DNA of 64,000 nucleotides from Rhodanobacteraceae bacterium (GTDB lineage Bacteria; Pseudomonadota; Gammaproteobacteria; Xanthomonadales; SZUA-5): NCBI GenBank assembly GCA_016713135.1, contig JADJPR010000006.1, positions 82,169 to 146,168 of the forward strand, read 5' to 3'. Shown piece by piece: positions 62,493 to 64,000 of this stretch (position 1 is its first letter; each line of letters starts with the position of its first letter). The notes under the pieces were generated by a model. It saw only the letters and a program-made list of their open reading frames with translations, ran no database searches and was not told where the DNA came from. The position numbers and the translations under genes were made by a program.

Positions 62493-64000
62493 CGTCCCCC
62501 GCTGATGTCGCGACTGGCGAGCTGCAAGCCGTCAGGCCAACGGTGCAAGGTCCATTGTCCGGACCCAAGCACCGCCAAGCGCGTGTCGTCTTGGTTGAAC
62601 TCGATCGCGACCGCGTCCGGGCTGCCAAAATCCACGCACCAGCGCACCAGTGCTCAGATTCAGCCGGTGAATGCCCGGAGCGGTCGGAATCACCGATGAC
62701 CAGGGCCTCCGCAGACCGCCTGGCCAGCGTCGGTACGCCGATGGCATTGATCGCGGCCTGCTGTACCAATCCCGATTGCAGGTCGAGCACCTGAATCCGC
62801 CCGTCGCTCAGGTACCAGATCGCCCAGCGGTTGTCGCCGTGTATGCGCACGCTGCGCGGATCGATGTCTGACGCGGGAATCGCGATCCGGTTCCAGTCCC
62901 CGACCGGCTGTTGCTCGCGCCAGGCCAGCTCAGGCCCGCCGCGCCACCGGGGAGGTCTGCCACGACCAGCAGGCGCCGACCATCCTCACTGAGCCGGAAC
63001 AGGCGCAACTGGGGAACCTCAAGGACCTCCGTCCGTGTGGCCGATGCCAACCGGTAAATTTCCAGATGAACCGAGGAGCCCATGGGAGAGCAACGCATCA
63101 GCTGGTCCGCGTCCAACCATTGGGCCAACGCGCAATCGCTGCCAAGCTGGACGCCAGGATCCTCACCGTCGACAGGCCGCACCCAGGCGTCGCTGTAGAC
63201 CTGACCGGCATCCGGCGAAACCAGTACGTCGCTTCCGCCAGTCAGGTAGCTGCGCATCAGGGCTTCGGTGGGAATCACGGCCTGGCGGGAGGAGGTCGTA
63301 CCGGTTCCGACATGCACGGTCGATCCCGGTTGACCGCGTCCGGCAACCACACTCAGTGGTCGCGGAATCACGACCGACCTGCCGTAGCGAGTTGGAAAGT
63401 GAAAAGCCGGGGTGAACACGGGCGCGTCGGCGTAAACCGGAACCCTGAGGCCGTGTTCGATTCCGGGCTGCCATTGCCAATCACATCGAACGCGCGAACC
63501 CGGTAGTAATAGCGCGTGCCATTGACCAGCCCTCGTCATCGTAGGTGGTCGCCAGCTGTCCCCGATCTGCTCGAAGGACCGGCCTCGGCAGGCGAACGCA
63601 ACACGCCGTAGTACACCGGGTTACTGCCGGTTCCAGGCTGCCATGTCAGACGCAACGCACCCCCGCCGGGTAGCGCATCCACGACCAACCCGATCGGCGC
63701 CGGCAACGTGCCCACATCGACGGACAGCACGACCTGCTTCGACGGTGCCGCGTTCCCCGCCTGATCGACCGCGAGAATGCGATATCCATAGGCGCCATTG
63801 GGCAGGCCCGAATCCGTGTAACTGCGGTTCGCGAGATTCGTGATCGAGGCGATCGGCGTGCTGCCACGCAGAACCCGGTAGGCGGCCAGGTCGGGAGCGG
63901 TGCTCCGTCCACTGCAGTTGGGCGTCCGCGCCCTGGACTTGTCCACTCAGGACCACCGCCGGTGGTGGCACGATGTCACCCACGACCACGTCGGCCGGAT
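62493..64000 (-). pseudogene. 5' continuation of the same gene, or an upstream gene, encoding Fn3 domains and a propeller-like segment. It is broken by >=9 single-nucleotide frameshifts and runs off the right edge.
   Basis: A conceptual frame-hopping translation gives two textbook Fn3 domains: ..PPPAVVLSGQVQGADAQLQWT/STAPDLAAYRVLRGSTPIASITNLANRSYTDSGLPNGAYGYRILAVDQAGNAAPS and ..LRLTWQPGTGSNPVYYGVLRSPAEAGP/FEQIG/QLATTYDDEG/LVNGTRYYYRVRAFDVIGNGSPES. These are followed by ..HGDNRWAIWYLSDGRIQVLDLQSG... Confidence 0.7.

Overview
The window is high-GC DNA (about 67-68 % by eye) and looks like a proteobacterial chromosome. The gene content and recurrent F-A-(D/N)-G-F-E linkers suggest a Xanthomonadales-like gammaproteobacterium, but that is inference only. 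Everything here was read by eye from the sequence and the ORF track. Coordinates not anchored on an ORF end may be off by 1-3 nt.

Layout:
- (1) 1-28.5 kb: a one-strand (minus) cluster of giant secreted or surface proteins. It holds a >3,850-aa beta-helix/DUF11/Calx-beta protein that runs off the left edge, a hybrid two-component sensor with AraC output, a 2,797-aa FG-GAP/Calx-beta protein, and a ~1,240-aa beta-helix protein that is split into three frames. The two giants share a near-identical tract of about 0.5-0.67 kb.
- (2) 28.6-32.5 kb: aceE, interrupted by a ~228-bp inverted-repeat element, plus a DUF4124-like gene.
- (3) 32.6-34.0 kb: two convergent toxin-antitoxin pairs, VapBC-like and ParDE-like.
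- (4) 34.0-39.6 kb: a copper-resistance block (multicopper oxidase, TolC-like lipoprotein, CopA ATPase, CopZ).
- (5) 39.7-47.35 kb: an insertion-sequence graveyard. It contains an intact IS66-family element with a perfect 8-bp target duplication, an IS110-like element split by a decayed IS1634/IS4-like element, one intact HUH (Y1) transposase-like gene, and three fragments of paralogues.
- (6) 47.4-64 kb: the most interesting locus. A 3,420-aa RHS/YD-repeat toxin has a Sec-type signal peptide and a transglutaminase-like N-terminal region. It carries a low-GC C-terminal toxin/immunity cassette. Its start overlaps (ATGA) the stop of an upstream CARDB/Ig-like protein of >=1,417 aa, whose Fn3/propeller-coding 5' part is riddled with homopolymer frameshifts.

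No rRNA, tRNA or CRISPR array was recognised. Apparent frameshifts cluster in sequence that is, or is likely to be, repeated, so some may be assembly or polishing artefacts rather than biology.
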